From Okamejei kenojei (Eukaryota): a stretch of DNA of 64,000 nucleotides. Made by a program: the position numbers and the translations under genes. Location: positions 47,244,001-47,308,000 of the forward strand of contig CM069147.1 of NCBI GenBank assembly GCA_035221665.1. Direction: 5' to 3'. The notes beneath the pieces were generated by a model. That model saw only the letters and a list, made by a program, of their open reading frames with translations, had not been told where the DNA came from and searched no databases. Shown here one piece after another: positions 49,215 to 62,074 of this stretch (positions are counted from its first letter, which is position 1; every line of letters begins with the position of its first letter).

Positions 49215-51512
49215 AAGTGGATTAGCTCAGCGGGTCAGGCAGCATCTCTGGAGAACATGGATAAATAATGTTTTGGGTTATGATCCTTCTTCAGCATGAT
49301 TGGAAGGGGATAGGGAAAAGAAAGGTGGAAGAGAATGGGGCAGGACAAAGCCTGGCAGGTTGAAGCAAGTGAGGAGGGCTTTTAGTTGGACAAAGGCCAG
49401 AAATGATAAGGCAAGGATTTAAGAGCTGTGCATTGTAAAGCGAGATGAAAAAATGAAGTGGGAAGGAGATGGAAGAAATAGGTACGAGTCAAGGTAGAGC
49501 ATTAGGGAGGGGGTTGGAGGTTATATGGGGAAAGAGGGGGAGGGTTACAGTGTTGCCTAAAATTGGAAAATTCAATTTTCATACCGTTGGGTAGTACGCT
49601 ATCCAAGCAGAATATGAGGTGTTGTTCCTCTAGTTTGCTTGTGACCACACTCTGTCAATGTTGGAGGCCCAGGACAGAAATGTTAGTGTGGGAATGGGAA
49701 GAGGAGTTAAAGTGGTTAGCAAACGCAGATCCAACAGGCCTTGGCGTTAGTGTTTGCTAAAATGATCGCCAGATCTATATTTTGTCACAGCGATGAAGAG
49801 GAGGCCATACCAGGAATACCGGATGCAGTAAATGAGGTATACAAGGTACACGTGAACCTCTCTATCACCTAGAAGAATTGCTGAGTTCCCTGGAGATGGG
49901 AGGAGGTTTAGGGACAGGTGTTACATCTCCTGTGGTTGCAAGGGAAAGTACCTGGGGACAGGGTGGTTTGGGTGGGAAGGGACGAATGAACCAAGAGGTT
50001 GTTGAGGTTGTGGTCCCTCCAGACTGCAATGTCGAAGGATGATGTGTTATATGCGGAGTGAGAGCAGGACTATGGAACACAGAGGAGGCGCATCTATAAC
50101 AGAATGGTTGAAATCTTGTTTGCTACAGCATCTACAGCATGTCCTAGAATGGAAAGCCTCAACTTGGAAGCAGATGCGGCAGCCGTCGAAAGACTTTAGA
50201 GATACAGCACGGAAGCAAGCCCTTTGGCCCACTGAGTCCGCGACGACCAGCGATCACCTGTAGACTAGCACTATCCTACACTAGCGACAATTTACAATTT
50301 CACTAAAAGCCAATTAATCTACAAACCTGTGCATCCTTGGAGTGCGGGAGGAAACCGGAGCAACCAGAACAACCAGAGAAAACCCACGCAGTCATGGAGC
50401 ACATACAGACTCCGTACAGACAGCAGGCGTAGTCAGGATCGAACCCAGGTCTCCGGTGTTGTAAGGCAACAACTCTACTGCTGTGCCGCAGTGCCACCCA
50501 AGGATAGTGGATCGTGCCACTGTACATTAGCATCAAGGTCTGTTCGATGTAATCAGCAAAAAGCAGGCATAGCTGGGACCCTTGCGAGTGCCCATGGCTA
50601 CTCCTTTAACTTGGAAAAAGTGAAAGGAGTCAAAGGAGAAGTTGTTGAGGGTGAGAACAAGTTCTGCCAGGCGGAAGAGTGTGTTGGAGGGAAGTTGATT
50701 GGGTCTCTGTTCAAGAAAGAACAGGAGGGCTTTGACCCCTTGCTGTTGGGGGGGTGGAGATGTTAAGGGACTGAATGAGGCAATGCAGGCAGGAAACTGA
50801 ATGTTATTGAAGAGTTCAAGGGTGTGTAAGATGTCTTGGATGTTACTTTGTGTAATCTAATCTACTGCATCTGGTGTTCCCGATGTGGTCTCCCGTACAT
50901 TGGTGAGACCAAGGTTAGACTCAGCGATCTTTTCATCACGCATTTATGTTTGGTCAAGGTCTGCGCGATCTGCCAGTTGGTATCGATTTTAACTTCTCTT
51001 TCCATTTCCAAACCGATCTTTCAGTCCTTGGCCCTCTCCATTGCCAGAGTGTGTCCACACGCAAACCGACGAAACAATACCTCGTATTCCGCTTGGGTAG
51101 CTTACAACCCAATGGCATGAGCATTGAATTATCCAATTTTAGGTACCTACATAAACCTCCCCCTCTCCCTTCTTTCCCCATGTAAACCCCCATTGTGCCA
51201 ACTGGACTCATACCTACCTCTCCCCTCCCCTTTCCCTTCAACTAACATTCCTTCGTCTAGCTTCACAATTTGCAGCTCTTCAATCGTTTTGTCTTTTCAT
51301 CTCTGGCCTTTTTGTGCAACCATCTGCCTATCAAAAAACTCTCCTCACGTATCAACTTAATACCAGCCCAACTTTCTTTTGCCCTTCCAGCTTTCTTTCC
51401 CTCTTTTAAAATCGGTCTGAAGGAGGATCCCGACTCCAAACATCATCCATCCTTGTTCTCCAAAGAGACTGGCTGTCCCATTGAATTACTCCAACACTTT
51501 GTCTTCATCTGA
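49215..51512. mobile_element. Penelope-like element with inverted 5' segment, split by a SINE
   Basis: Minus: pseudo-LTR and GIY-YIG (49215-50180), RT motif LAELVLTLNNFSF..QVKGVAMGT (50520-50830); plus: inverted GIY-YIG and pseudo-LTR (50840-51512). Confidence 0.82.
50195..50499 (-). mobile_element. HE1-like V-SINE
   Basis: tRNA-like head, V-domain (GGAGTTTG..TGGGTTTTCTC..CTCCGGTTTCCTCCC), CR1-like tail. Confidence 0.82.
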
Positions 51513-51682
51513 TTCAACCTGCTAAACACGTGAACTTCACCAGCCAATCATTTGTCTTGTAAAAATGTGACGTTCAAACCTTAATTATAGCATTTGCAAA
51601 TGTGGGCACATTCACAATTCTCATTATAAAAATATTTGTGATTATACCTTGATTTACCATGTTTTCTCCAAATATTTTCTAG

Positions 51683-51737
51683 GCAATATTGTTAATGATA
51701 GCCATGCAGAGGTGACTGCACGACGTGGGTTCCTGAG
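51683..51737 (+). CDS. ADAT1: ADAT1 exon with catalytic HAE
   Basis: TTCTAG|(G)NIVNDSHAEVTARRGFL(R)|GTGAGT; 55 nt. Confidence 0.97.
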
Positions 51738-51742
51738 GTGAG

Positions 51743-51989
51743 TAGTTTAATTTAGTTTAGTGATACAGCGTGGAAACAGGCCCTTCGGCCGACGCCCACC
51801 ACGATCCCCTGTACACTAGCACTACCCTATACACCAGGGACAATTTGCAATTAAAGCTAATTAACATACAAACCTGTATATCTTTCAATTTGGGAGGAAA
51901 CCGCATCACCCAGAGAAAGGACACGGGGAGAACGTACAAACTCCGTATAGACAGCACCCATAGTCAGGATCGAATCACCGGTGCCGCCC
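51743..51989 (-). mobile_element. HE1-like V-SINE
   Basis: Same family as 50195-50499; (CTAAA)n tail abutting the donor of the HAE exon. Confidence 0.8.
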
Positions 51990-53038
51990 ACTTTGTCGAG
52001 TACTATGTTTTTGGAAAACAATGCCACTTTTTATAAATTATCCTATTTATACTTTCATTGAAGTGGGAAAATTTAAATCACTGTTAGATTTGCAAGGATA
52101 AAAAAACTGGAGGAATTATTTTTATTCTGGTGCTAAAAACAAAGTTATTCTTAACTTGTTTTTAAAGATGGTAAATATTTTCATGAGTACATGCTGACAG
52201 ACTATGTGGCATTTTTACTGATCATTGATCCCGACAAAAAAATACAGGGAGTCTCTGGGAATACTACGTAAGTATTCCATTCTGGGAACTGCCTGTGAGG
52301 TGATTTTTCCATGTCAGAAAGTTTGTATGTCAGAAAGTGTTGCTATACATTCGCTTGCTATAATTTAATTTCACGCAACATTCTACTGCTACCCATAATT
52401 AAACTAATGGAATATTAAACCAATCATTAATAAATTCTCTTAATATTTATGAAAATGAAATCAGACAGAGCCTTGGAGGAGAATGAAACTAGGAAAGAAC
52501 TCACGTGTGAACAAAGGGACCAGAAGGACCTATGATGTCTTTGGCGAGTTGGCTGTAGGAAAATAAAGAGTAGCCAAAAAAAGTAGAGAAAATCCAAGGA
52601 ATTATAGGGCAGTGAATTTGAGTCAGTTGTAAGGAAGATATTAGAGAGGGTTAAATGATTCATTTATCTCACTGTTATGTGAAACATTTTGTTCTGTACA
52701 TGTGTAGTTGTTTGACAGAATAACAATTCCTCATGCCCAATTTATTAACATCATAATTTCAATTTTGATATAGTGAAGCAGAAAAGTATTAATGCATTTC
52801 TCCAGTCCCAGTTATTTCATGTTGCTACAATACACTATGCCGCAATATTATCTATGCTTACTTTTACTGAAAGATGTGCCGTAAAGTTGAAAAAGATATT
52901 CAAAGGTAATAAGTATATCACATTCAACCACAAATTGAAAACATTACTATTAGTCACATGTTGATATCAGATGTTTGTAATCCTGCAAATAAATATATTT
53001 ACCATTATGAGTTTTCACTTTTTCCCTTTGCATTGAAG

Positions 53039-53166
53039 GTATTTATATTGTCAACTTAAAGAAGCATTCACCAACAAAAATAGCATCTTCATCAAAAGCG
53101 GACAAAAAGCAAAATGGAAACTGAAGCCTGGCATTACATTTGTGTTCTTTACAAGCCATACTCCAT
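53039..53166 (+). CDS. ADAT1: ADAT1 exon
   Basis: TGAAG|(R)YLYCQLKEAFTNKNSIFIKSGQKAKWKLKPGITFVFFTSHTP(C)|GTAAGT; 128 nt. Confidence 0.96.
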
Positions 53167-53269
53167 GTAAGTCAACTAATAGCACTGAGCATTTCAACTG
53201 TTTAAAATTTTGATAAGGGAAATCTTTTAAGCAGTCATAGGAAAGGGAGGGTAATGGGAATTTGAAGTA

Positions 53270-53935
53270 CCGTATTTCCTGGCAATGAAGATGCTATTTT
53301 TTACCCAAAAATAAGGCACGGAAATTTACCTGCGTCTTGGAGGCTGAAGGTTAGGTTGTTAGCCAAGAAAGATAGACTTGGCTATCCCTCAGTACAGCAA
53401 CATCAAGAACGATTTTGCTATACTGAGGGATAGCCAAGTCTATCCCTCATTGCTGACAGCTGATGGGAAGTGGCTGTAAAGTAGGAAGTGGCTGTAAAAG
53501 GACAGCGCTGCTGGGGGGGGGAGAGTTCCTTTCACAGCATGTGGGGAGTATGGTCCGGGTCAGCATGGCCTGTGCTGCACAAATTGGCTGGGCCACCAGG
53601 GGTAAAGTTGCGGGGAGGGCAGGAACATTGAGAAGGAGGGGGTCAGGGATTATGCCAACAACTCAATCACTCATAGCTGTCGCGACGCTCCGGGCGCGGA
53701 GCCACCGCATTGTGGCCGGGGAGGGAAGTAGCGTGGGTGGCTGCGAGCGGCCACCGGGACCGGGCAGCGGAACCGGCCGCCACCTCAACACCTTCTGCCG
53801 GCCGCTCACCTCTGGCAGTGCTCTCCATCTGAACACCTCTCTCCTGCCGCTCGCCGGCCTCGCTCATGTCAGCCGCTTCCGGCAAATCCTTAAATTCCTT
53901 CGATGCAGGTACGTCTTAATTGCCGGGAAATACGG
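53270..53935. mobile_element. Non-autonomous Tc2/pogo-type element
   Basis: TA|CCGTATTTCCTGGCAATGAAGA ... TCTTAATTGCCGGGAAATACGG|TA. Confidence 0.85.
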
Positions 53936-55252
53936 TAGATTTTGCTAGAAATTAAATTGGATGAAGATGGCAATAAAAGAATGAGGGAAAGATACGGAAT
54001 AGTCCATTCCCGTGAATTAGGTGGCCACAACTTTGAGTTCCACTACTTACAATTGGCCAATGTATGATTCTTTTATTTAAAAAAAAGAAAAATATTAATC
54101 AATTATTTATAACACTTTTGGAAATATTTTATGTAAACATGTCAATTGGTGGTTTCACGTTGTTCACTTTACCTTTGATAATCTGATAAGAAAACATGTC
54201 AATGATTTTATATACTTCTGAACAGGAACATGGAAAGATGAAAGATACCTAGTACAGCAATTATTTCATTGAAATTACTGTGTTGGTCAAAATTAGTTTT
54301 CTGGCAATTACTCTAGATTAGTTTCTGAAGCAAGGTCTTAATTAATTGAGATTAAGGTGGACCCTCGTTTTGCTCCAAGACATAATTCACAAAAGTGATA
54401 GAATTATTCATCATTTATGATATCTGCATTTCTTCCACTAGTTAAGTTTTTCACCTATTGTTTTCATTCATGATGCATGTAAAGTGGTAAATGAATTTTA
54501 TCTATTTCATGATTATGATTTGTCACATTATGAACAATCATTTGTTTTGAACGAATCTCACCAATCATCCAGTAATATCTTAGTGCTGCAGACATTAAAG
54601 AAATTCTGTACTATTGAGGTATTGAATTTCTGTAGATAGTAATTTCGGAACAATGGAATTCTTGGTTGAAATCTGGAACAGACAATCTTTCCAAATCAAT
54701 TTGTATCAAATTGGCAGTAAAAGTGTCCAAACTGTTGTTTGCTTTCTTCCCTGCTGCATTCCCTCAAGGTGTCTAAAATGCAGTGTTTAAAGTTTGTAGC
54801 TGACAAATAGTTTTAGTACGTTTAAATACTGACATTTTTACGTCCAGAAAAAATATAATGTCTTACATGTGCCATTGTCCCAGCATCCCACTGCTTCTGA
54901 AATAGTTCCAGAAATATTTCCTTTCCTGTTTCATATTGAAGTTATATTTAATTTGTTTCACACATTGGCAATTAAAGCTGGATGAAAACTATTCTTTATG
55001 CTTCCTCAGTAACAGCTCAATATTTTAATACCATCACTTAACATGGGAAGGTATTGAAAAACAGATATCAGCAACGGAATTGTGAAAAGTAATTAGTCAT
55101 TTAGAAATACAATTATAATTGTATCATTTTTTTCCTGAGATGCCTCAGCAATTTTATTTCTGTCTACATTTCTTCCAGTGATGTGTGATGTCTAATGGCA
55201 ATTGAAAACTTTGAGTGATTTAAGTAGAAATCTTTACCTTTTATTCATGTAG

Positions 55253-55961
55253 GTGGTGATGCTTCCATTATTCCAATGATAGAAAATCACAACGAACCTT
55301 TAGTGAAAATGGGAGTTGTGGGGAGTGTTGAGCAAAAAGTTATTGCTGTTCAAGATAATAAAAATATTGAAGACGCACAAATATTAAATTATGAAGAGCA
55401 CTTACCGTACAAAAGACAGAAATGTGATTCGAGTTCTGCAGCGATTCCTGAAAAAAGGATTAAAAGAGTTAATGAAACTGGAGACATATCTGGAAGCAGC
55501 AGCGTTTGTAAAAATAAACCCAATCATCAGTCTGCAAAAGGAGGCATGGACATCCAGATCAATGATAATCAACCTTGTGGAGCAGAAACAATGTCCAAGA
55601 GCAATCACGATACCTCACTATCTCAAAGTGCATTTGCATTGAACACACAAAATAACAAACAGAAACAGATTGAAGTTTCCGATATACACCGAACTGGAGC
55701 TAAATGTGTACCAGGTGGCCTTCAAGATTCGCTTGGGCCTGGAATTAATTATCACTGCGTTGAATCCTTGAGAGTGAAACCAGGAAGAGGCAACAGAACA
55801 TTATCAATGTCATGCAGTGATAAGCTTGCACGTTGGAATATTCTTGGTTGTCAAGGAGCACTTCTCATGCATTTCTTTGAAGAGCCAATGTATTTCTCTT
55901 TTATTGTAGTAGGGTACTGCCCATATAGCGAGGAGGTCATGAAGAGAGCTATAATAGAAAG
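55253..55961 (+). CDS. ADAT1: ADAT1 large exon (PCG...SCSDK zinc ligands)
   Basis: TGTAG|(C)GDASIIPM...RTGAKCV...[32 protein letters not shown]...AIIE(R)|GTAATA; 709 nt. Confidence 0.97.
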
Positions 55962-56124
55962 GTAATAATAATTTGCTTCTTTTAAACAACATGAAAGGCC
56001 ATTCTGACAAAATAATTCTGAGAGAAATGTGACATTATTAAAAAATAGTTTTAATATTTTCATACAATTGGAATATGGAATAGAGTCCTTACCTCTTGAA
56101 TGACTTTTCATTGTTGTTCCATTC

Positions 56125-56420
56125 ACCTTGAGTCCAAACCCCACTCCAAAAATGTAAGCATCTGACCCAAGGCCGACATTTCTTGCAAAATGGAAAAAGC
56201 CCTTTACAGTTGGAAGTCTTCCTGAAATTCAGATATTAAACCAAATCGTCTCGTGCCCATTGCTGTGAATGGAAAGGACCCTCATGGTGTTGCATGGTTC
56301 TTGTGGGGAATTGGCCAACTTTTGTCCTTCAGCCAACATTACCACGTCAGATATCTGATAATTTATCTATACTCTTTGTAGGATTTTGCCATGTTGAAAA
56401 TAATTGACATGCTTACCATT
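56125..56420 (+). mobile_element. Ancient Deu-domain SINE (SacSINE1-like) relic
   Basis: CCCACTCCA..TTAAACC..GGCCAAC..CCAACATTACC..CAGAT similar to the Deu-SINE consensus as recalled. Confidence 0.5.
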
Positions 56421-56923
56421 ATTACTAAAATTATTACATTAAAAAAGACAGTTAATTGATTGTATAGTAGTTTGCAATATTCTGAATCTTGCAAAGAATG
56501 CATAAATGCAAGTTTTCTTTCTTCAAGTACTGATATGGGTGCCATGTTCCCTCCCTACTCTGAATGATTTCAGTTGCAGGGCAATGATATTTTGTTGCTG
56601 CAGTCTTGGATATCATTGAAGTATTCTCCTGGTTAACAACAGTTTTGAAGGTGAAATCTGTAAACGTTTAATTATTTGTCTCTTAACTGTGGGTCTGAAA
56701 GACTTCTTTCACTATTTACTGCAAAACGACTACTTCAATTCATCTAACCAACTATTTATGGTATACTTGTTGCTTGTGTTTTTAATCTTAGTTGGAAACT
56801 GGTAATTGCAGTTTAGATTTGCAGATTAGACTTGCTCTCAACATAATGTTTTGAGTTGCTATTTCTGGTTGTGTTTTGATGTGTAAAATGAACATCGCCC
56901 TCTAAACTGTTCCTTTTCCAAAG

Positions 56924-57069
56924 GTGTCGTCATGTAGGCTCGCTTCCAAGGGAATTCAGAGTCCAAGATGTAAAGATGCTACAGTCTCAGTTGCCGTTTG
57001 TACATAGTCGCCATTCAGCACTGAGCAACCACAATCCCAGTAAAGGGAGACTTGTACCTTGTGCAGCAG
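56924..57069 (+). CDS. ADAT1: ADAT1 exon
   Basis: CCAAAG|(R)CRHVGSLPREFRVQDVKMLQSQLPFVHSRHSALSNHNPSKGRLVPCAA|GTACTG; 146 nt. Confidence 0.94.
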
Positions 57070-57589
57070 GTACTGAGTTTGATTTTTTTAAATACTTATG
57101 CAAATGCTCCTCAGAATTTCAGAAAAACATACCAGAAATGGGATTGGCTGCTTAGTTTCTCGTGCCTGCTTTGCTATTCACTAAGATCATGGCAGCCTTT
57201 CTCCTCAATGCCTCTTTCCCGGATGGCGTCCTAATAACTGTCTATTGTCTAACAGGTTTCAAGACCATTCCCCCAGCTCCAACTGCAAATAAGTCTAAAG
57301 AGGTTCATAGGGTGGGGTTTTTAACTGATACAGGACCACAGTTCTTTAACCTTGAATGGGCAGCTAGAAGTGCCTTTAGTCACTTTAGCCTCAGCAGGTC
57401 GGGCGGCATCTCTGGAGAATATGGATGGTTGACGATTCGAGTCAATACAGAATAGAGTCTGAAGACGGGTCACCTGTTCTTTTTCTCCAATATGCTGCCT
57501 GAGCTGCTGAGTTACTCCAACATTTTGTGTCTATCTTCGGTGTAAACCAGTATCTGCAGTTCCTTCCTACACATTTACTGCTGGGGAAT

Positions 57590-58365
57590 CAGGCTCTTGT
57601 TTGTCTCCCTTCATTCTTCTTCTTTTGTGTCTTCTTCGTAAGTGCAAGGTCTGCAGTAGTACATGGATTATCCAGCAATCGGCATTGCAGTAGGTGTTGC
57701 ATTGTTTGGGTCTGTGTGCCACAGTCACAGGTTGTTGTACCCTCGATGTAGCCCCATTGGTGCATTGTCACCCTTGACTGCCCGACCCCGTTTCGCAGTC
57801 GATTGAGACATCTCCAGTTCAGCCAGTGCTCATCAGCACCTGGTGGTCAGCGCTCTGCTGCTGTGTGTCCATCTTGGTGGAAATAGGAACAGTGGTTAGT
57901 CTGTTCTTCCAGATCTGGAGGCGAGCTTCCGTTGGTGTTGTTTCCAATGGGGTGACGCTGGTTAGGGAGCTCTTACGGGATTTTAACCACCTAGGAGGGG
58001 GCACATGGTTGTGTAATGGGTGTCTATCGTCTGTCAGTTGTTTCAGACGCTCTGTCCTACTTGCAACAGCTCTCCTGATGTCTGGGGGAGCGATGCCAGC
58101 CAGAAGGTAGACGTTTTTTATGTCCATAGATCGTAGGCAGCCAGTAATGCTACGGCAGCTGGCATTCAAGGATGAGTTGATCTTCTTTGCATGTGTAAAT
58201 CTCTCTGAAGCAGGGCAGGCGTATTCTGCAGCAGAGAAGCAGAGTGCTAAGGCTGTAGTACGTACTGTTGTTGGGTTGGCACCCCATTTGGTGGTGGTGA
58301 GTTTGTTCAATATGTTGTTGCGGGTGCCCACCTTTGCTTTAGTTTCTTCCACATGTTCCTCCATT
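57590..58365 (-). mobile_element. Vingi/Ingi-like (I group) LINE 3' fragment
   Basis: RNNILNKLTTTKWGANPTTVRTTALALCFSAAEYACP; LNRLRNGVG..WG..CDCG..QTMQHLLQC zinc knuckle; (AAG)n tail. Confidence 0.72.
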
Positions 58366-58454
58366 AATATATTGCTTCCTCTGGACATGCATGATAAAAT
58401 ATTGCATGCATATGATTCAGAAACAAAGTGGATAGATTCTCATTTTATAAAAGA

Positions 58455-60688
58455 GCAATAAATGAGTTTTACCCATGAGAATTTTATCTCATGGGTAAAA
58501 CTATTATATGACAAGCCGACTAATAACATGCTGTCTCTGAAATTTCAACTATTCAGGGGCAATAGACAGGGATGTTCACTATGATCCCTGCTATTTGCTC
58601 TTGTAATAGAACCCTTAGCTGAAAGCATAAGAACACATCCGAATATCCATGGTTATAAAACAAAATACTCAAATAATAAAATAGCATTATATGCAGATGA
58701 TGTACTATTGTATATTACAAAATCGCAAATCAGTATACCAAATATATTAAATCTAATAGAGGAATTTGGATCCTTCTCAGGATATAGAATAAATTGGAAT
58801 AAAAGTAAAATTATGACGATAAAACCTCAAGACTCGACACATCTTTTAAAATTGCTACAGAAAATTTTAAATACTTGGGAATCGAAATTACCAGAAAATA
58901 TAAATCTTTATTCAATGAAAATTATATGCCCCTACTTACTAAATTAAATGCCCTGATTAAATTTTGGAAAACACTTCCAATGTCCTTAATAGGCAGATAG
59001 CTATAAAAATGAGCTTCTTACTACAAATTTTATATTTATTTCAATCAATACCAATATACTTACCTAAAATGGGTTTTTTTAATTGGATTCCGATATTACA
59101 AATGTTGTATGGGACTATAAATCCCATAGAATTCAAAGAAGACACTTGTGTAAACCTAAATAATTTGGTGGATTAACACTCCCTAATTTTTTGTATTATT
59201 ATTGGGCAGTAAATGTCAAAAATGTAATTCACCTGCTGGACAATTCTGCCCAACGGGTGGATTGGATAGTAATGGAGAGAGGATTGTTCCCCTTTTAATA
59301 TAGGACCTTCTCTCACCAATAAAACTGAATAATACAATATACAAGAAAAATCCAATTATTCATAGTACTATTAGAATTTGGAAACAAATAAAATTAACCC
59401 TTAAATTAAGAAACTTATCGCTTCTCTCTCCTATAGTTAATAATCCATCGTTTAAACCATCCATTATTGATAAATCACTTACACATTGGGAAAGAATAGG
59501 AATTAAAACGTTTGGAGACATGTATGAAACTGATTTTTTTTTTATCATTCTAACAACTACAACTTAAATACAATCTGAGAAGTAATCAATATTTTAAATA
59601 TTTTCAAATCCGTGATTATTTGAAAAAACATACACAAGAATACCAAGCTTTGACTCCAGACCTATTAGATGAAGCTATGAACAGAAAGGCGGACTCAACT
59701 AACTTAATATCATACTTATAAAATATCATCCTAAATATAGAAATACCATCATCCGATAGAATTAGCAGAGATTGGGAACAAGAACTATCTATAAATATCT
59801 CGAAAGAGAGTTGGGATAAACACTTGCTATATGTGCATAAATGCTCGATTAATGTAAGACATATTCTAATCCAATTTAAAATCCTACACAGATTATATTA
59901 TTCGAAAACTAAACTAAGTAAAATCTTTCCAAATGTTTCCCCCACTTGTGATAAATGTTTATCTCAAGATGCAACTATAGCACATTCCTTTGTTTTTTGC
60001 ATAAAAATCCAAAAATTTTGGAATGAAATCTTTGAAATTTTTACAAAATGATTTTAAATAAAATTGAAACCGAACGCAGAATTGATTATTTGTGGAACAA
60101 TGGAAGTCGGCTTTGAGCTGACTTCGTTCCAAAAGAGTTTCCTTAATTATGGCTTAATAACGGCAAAAAAACTCATAATTAAATTTTGGAAAAATGCATC
60201 TACACCAACGGTAAAAATGTGGATTTCAAATATGTCCGAAATGTTATACCTCGAAGACATGAGATTCGTCCTAGCAGGCAAATCAGACCAATTCTTAAAG
60301 ATTTGGTCTCCATTTATCGACTTATTACAAGCATAGCGTGCAACGTAACTTAGGAAATATATGGTTTCAGGACCTGGTGAGGGGTGTGTAAAGATATGAA
60401 GTAGGTACATCCCTTTTATCTTATCTTATTTTCTTATATTTTCCTTTTTTAAATTTTTCTTTTTTTAAAAATTCTTCCTCGCGTTCTACGTCTTTACGGG
60501 CTATTTCTTTTCTCTTTCTCACGTACTTACTATCTTATCTAACCTTCTCTATTTCTCTTTTTCTTCTGTTACTTTCCTATTATTAAAGTTTAAAACAAGA
60601 AGTGGTACATGAAATGTATTATGTTATTTTTGGCATACTACCGTACTGCACATTACTTCAAATAAAAATAAATAAATAAAAATAAAAG
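58455..60688 (+). mobile_element. 5'-truncated L1-clade LINE
   Basis: RGNRQGC, KIALYADD, FGSFSGYRINWNKS, C-terminal CDKC..HSFVFC; AATAAA and A-rich tail. Confidence 0.9.
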
Positions 60689-60852
60689 AGCAAAATCTAA
60701 AACTGGTCACATCATTAGATAGAAAAATGTCCTCCAGGGGGTGTTTTAACATTCAGTGATGAATAAAGTGAGTATTTTCACTTTTTGACTTTCTTTTCTT
60801 TTGGCTTAGATTATGTTATGATTTCACATGTTACATCACCATCAACATGATA

Positions 60853-61174
60853 GGCCAGCACAGTGGTGCAGTGGACAGAGCAGCTGCTACACAGCACCAG
60901 ACACCCGGGATAGAGCCTTACCTCGGGTGCTGTCTGTGTGGAGTTTGCACGTTTTTTCTGTGACCACGTGGATTTCCTCCAGGTGCTCTGGTTTCCTCCC
61001 ACATTCTGAAGATGTGCGGGTTTGGAGGCTAATTGGCCTCCGTAAATTGTCACTAGTGTGTAGGAAGTGGACGAGGAAGTGGAATAACATAGAACTAGTG
61101 TAAATGCGTGATCGATGGTCGGCGTGGTCTCCATGGGCCAAAGGGCCAGTTTCCAGGCTGTACCTCTAATCTAC
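60853..61174 (+). mobile_element. HE1-like V-SINE
   Basis: GCACAGTGGTGCAGTGG head, V-domain, CR1-like 3' tail. Confidence 0.85.
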
Positions 61175-61371
61175 ATTTTAAAAACTAGTCATTAAACTGC
61201 AACTTTGTTTTGGAAAATGCAGGAATTTGGTTGTATGTTTAAGACAAGCCAACTTTCTCTGCATGGTTCAGCATCTGAAAATATTTCTACATCTTTTCAT
61301 TCAATTCACTCTCTATAATGGTCATCACCTTATAAATTAGACATAATTAAAAAAATATATATATTTTACAG

Positions 61372-61471
61372 CAATAAGTTGGAGTGCTGTACCAGACCAA
61401 CCACTAGACGTCTCTGTAAATGGCTATAAACAAGGAGCCACAAAAAAGATACTGGAAACGCCCCAAGCGAG
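61372..61471 (+). CDS. ADAT1: ADAT1 exon
   Basis: TTACAG|(A)ISWSAVPDQPLDVSVNGYKQGATKKILETPQA(R)|GTACAA; 100 nt. Confidence 0.96.
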
Positions 61472-61801
61472 GTACAAATTACAATTTTTTAATTAGCTTA
61501 AATAATGTCATTAATATGCATATGCAATGGCATTTCTTACTTTTCCCCACATATATGTTCTGTACATTTAAATATATATATTACCGAATAATAAGCTAAT
61601 GGTATTTTGAGTGGTCGAAAAGATGAGCAGACTGATAGGCAGACCAGATGAATGTAAGATGAAATTTAATACAGAAATATGTGGTGCTGAATTTTGAGAA
61701 GGATAACAATATTGCTTATAACTCATCGAAAAATATCCCATGAAACTGTTTGATAAGGAATTTAAACAGGAGTACATGCCAAGCCAAGGAAAATACTGGG
61801 C

Positions 61802-62005
61802 ATAGACACAAAATGCTCTAATAACTCAGCGTGTCAGGCAGCATCTCTGGAGAGAAAGAATGGGTGACGTTTCAGGTCGAGACCCTTCTTCAGACTAGAG
61901 TCGGAAAAGGGAAAAGCATTATTTATCTCCAGAAATGCTGCCTGAGTTACTCCAGTATTTTTTGTCTATCGTCGGTTTAAAGCAGCATCTGCAGTTCCTT
62001 CCTGT
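61802..62005. mobile_element. Fold-back element made of two inverted Penelope-like terminal repeats
   Basis: AGACACAAAATGCT..GCAGCATCTCTGGAG.. arm and its reverse complement; hammerhead-like core on minus strand at 61866-61893. Confidence 0.75.
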
Positions 62006-62074
62006 GCAAAATCCTGGAATGTTGACTGAAAGCTTGAATAAAGACAGGATTTTAGGTACACCCTTTTTTAAGAG

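Noticed and set aside
60853-60930. tRNA gene
   Set aside because: Only the degenerate tRNA-derived head of a V-SINE; no cloverleaf and it continues into SINE body.
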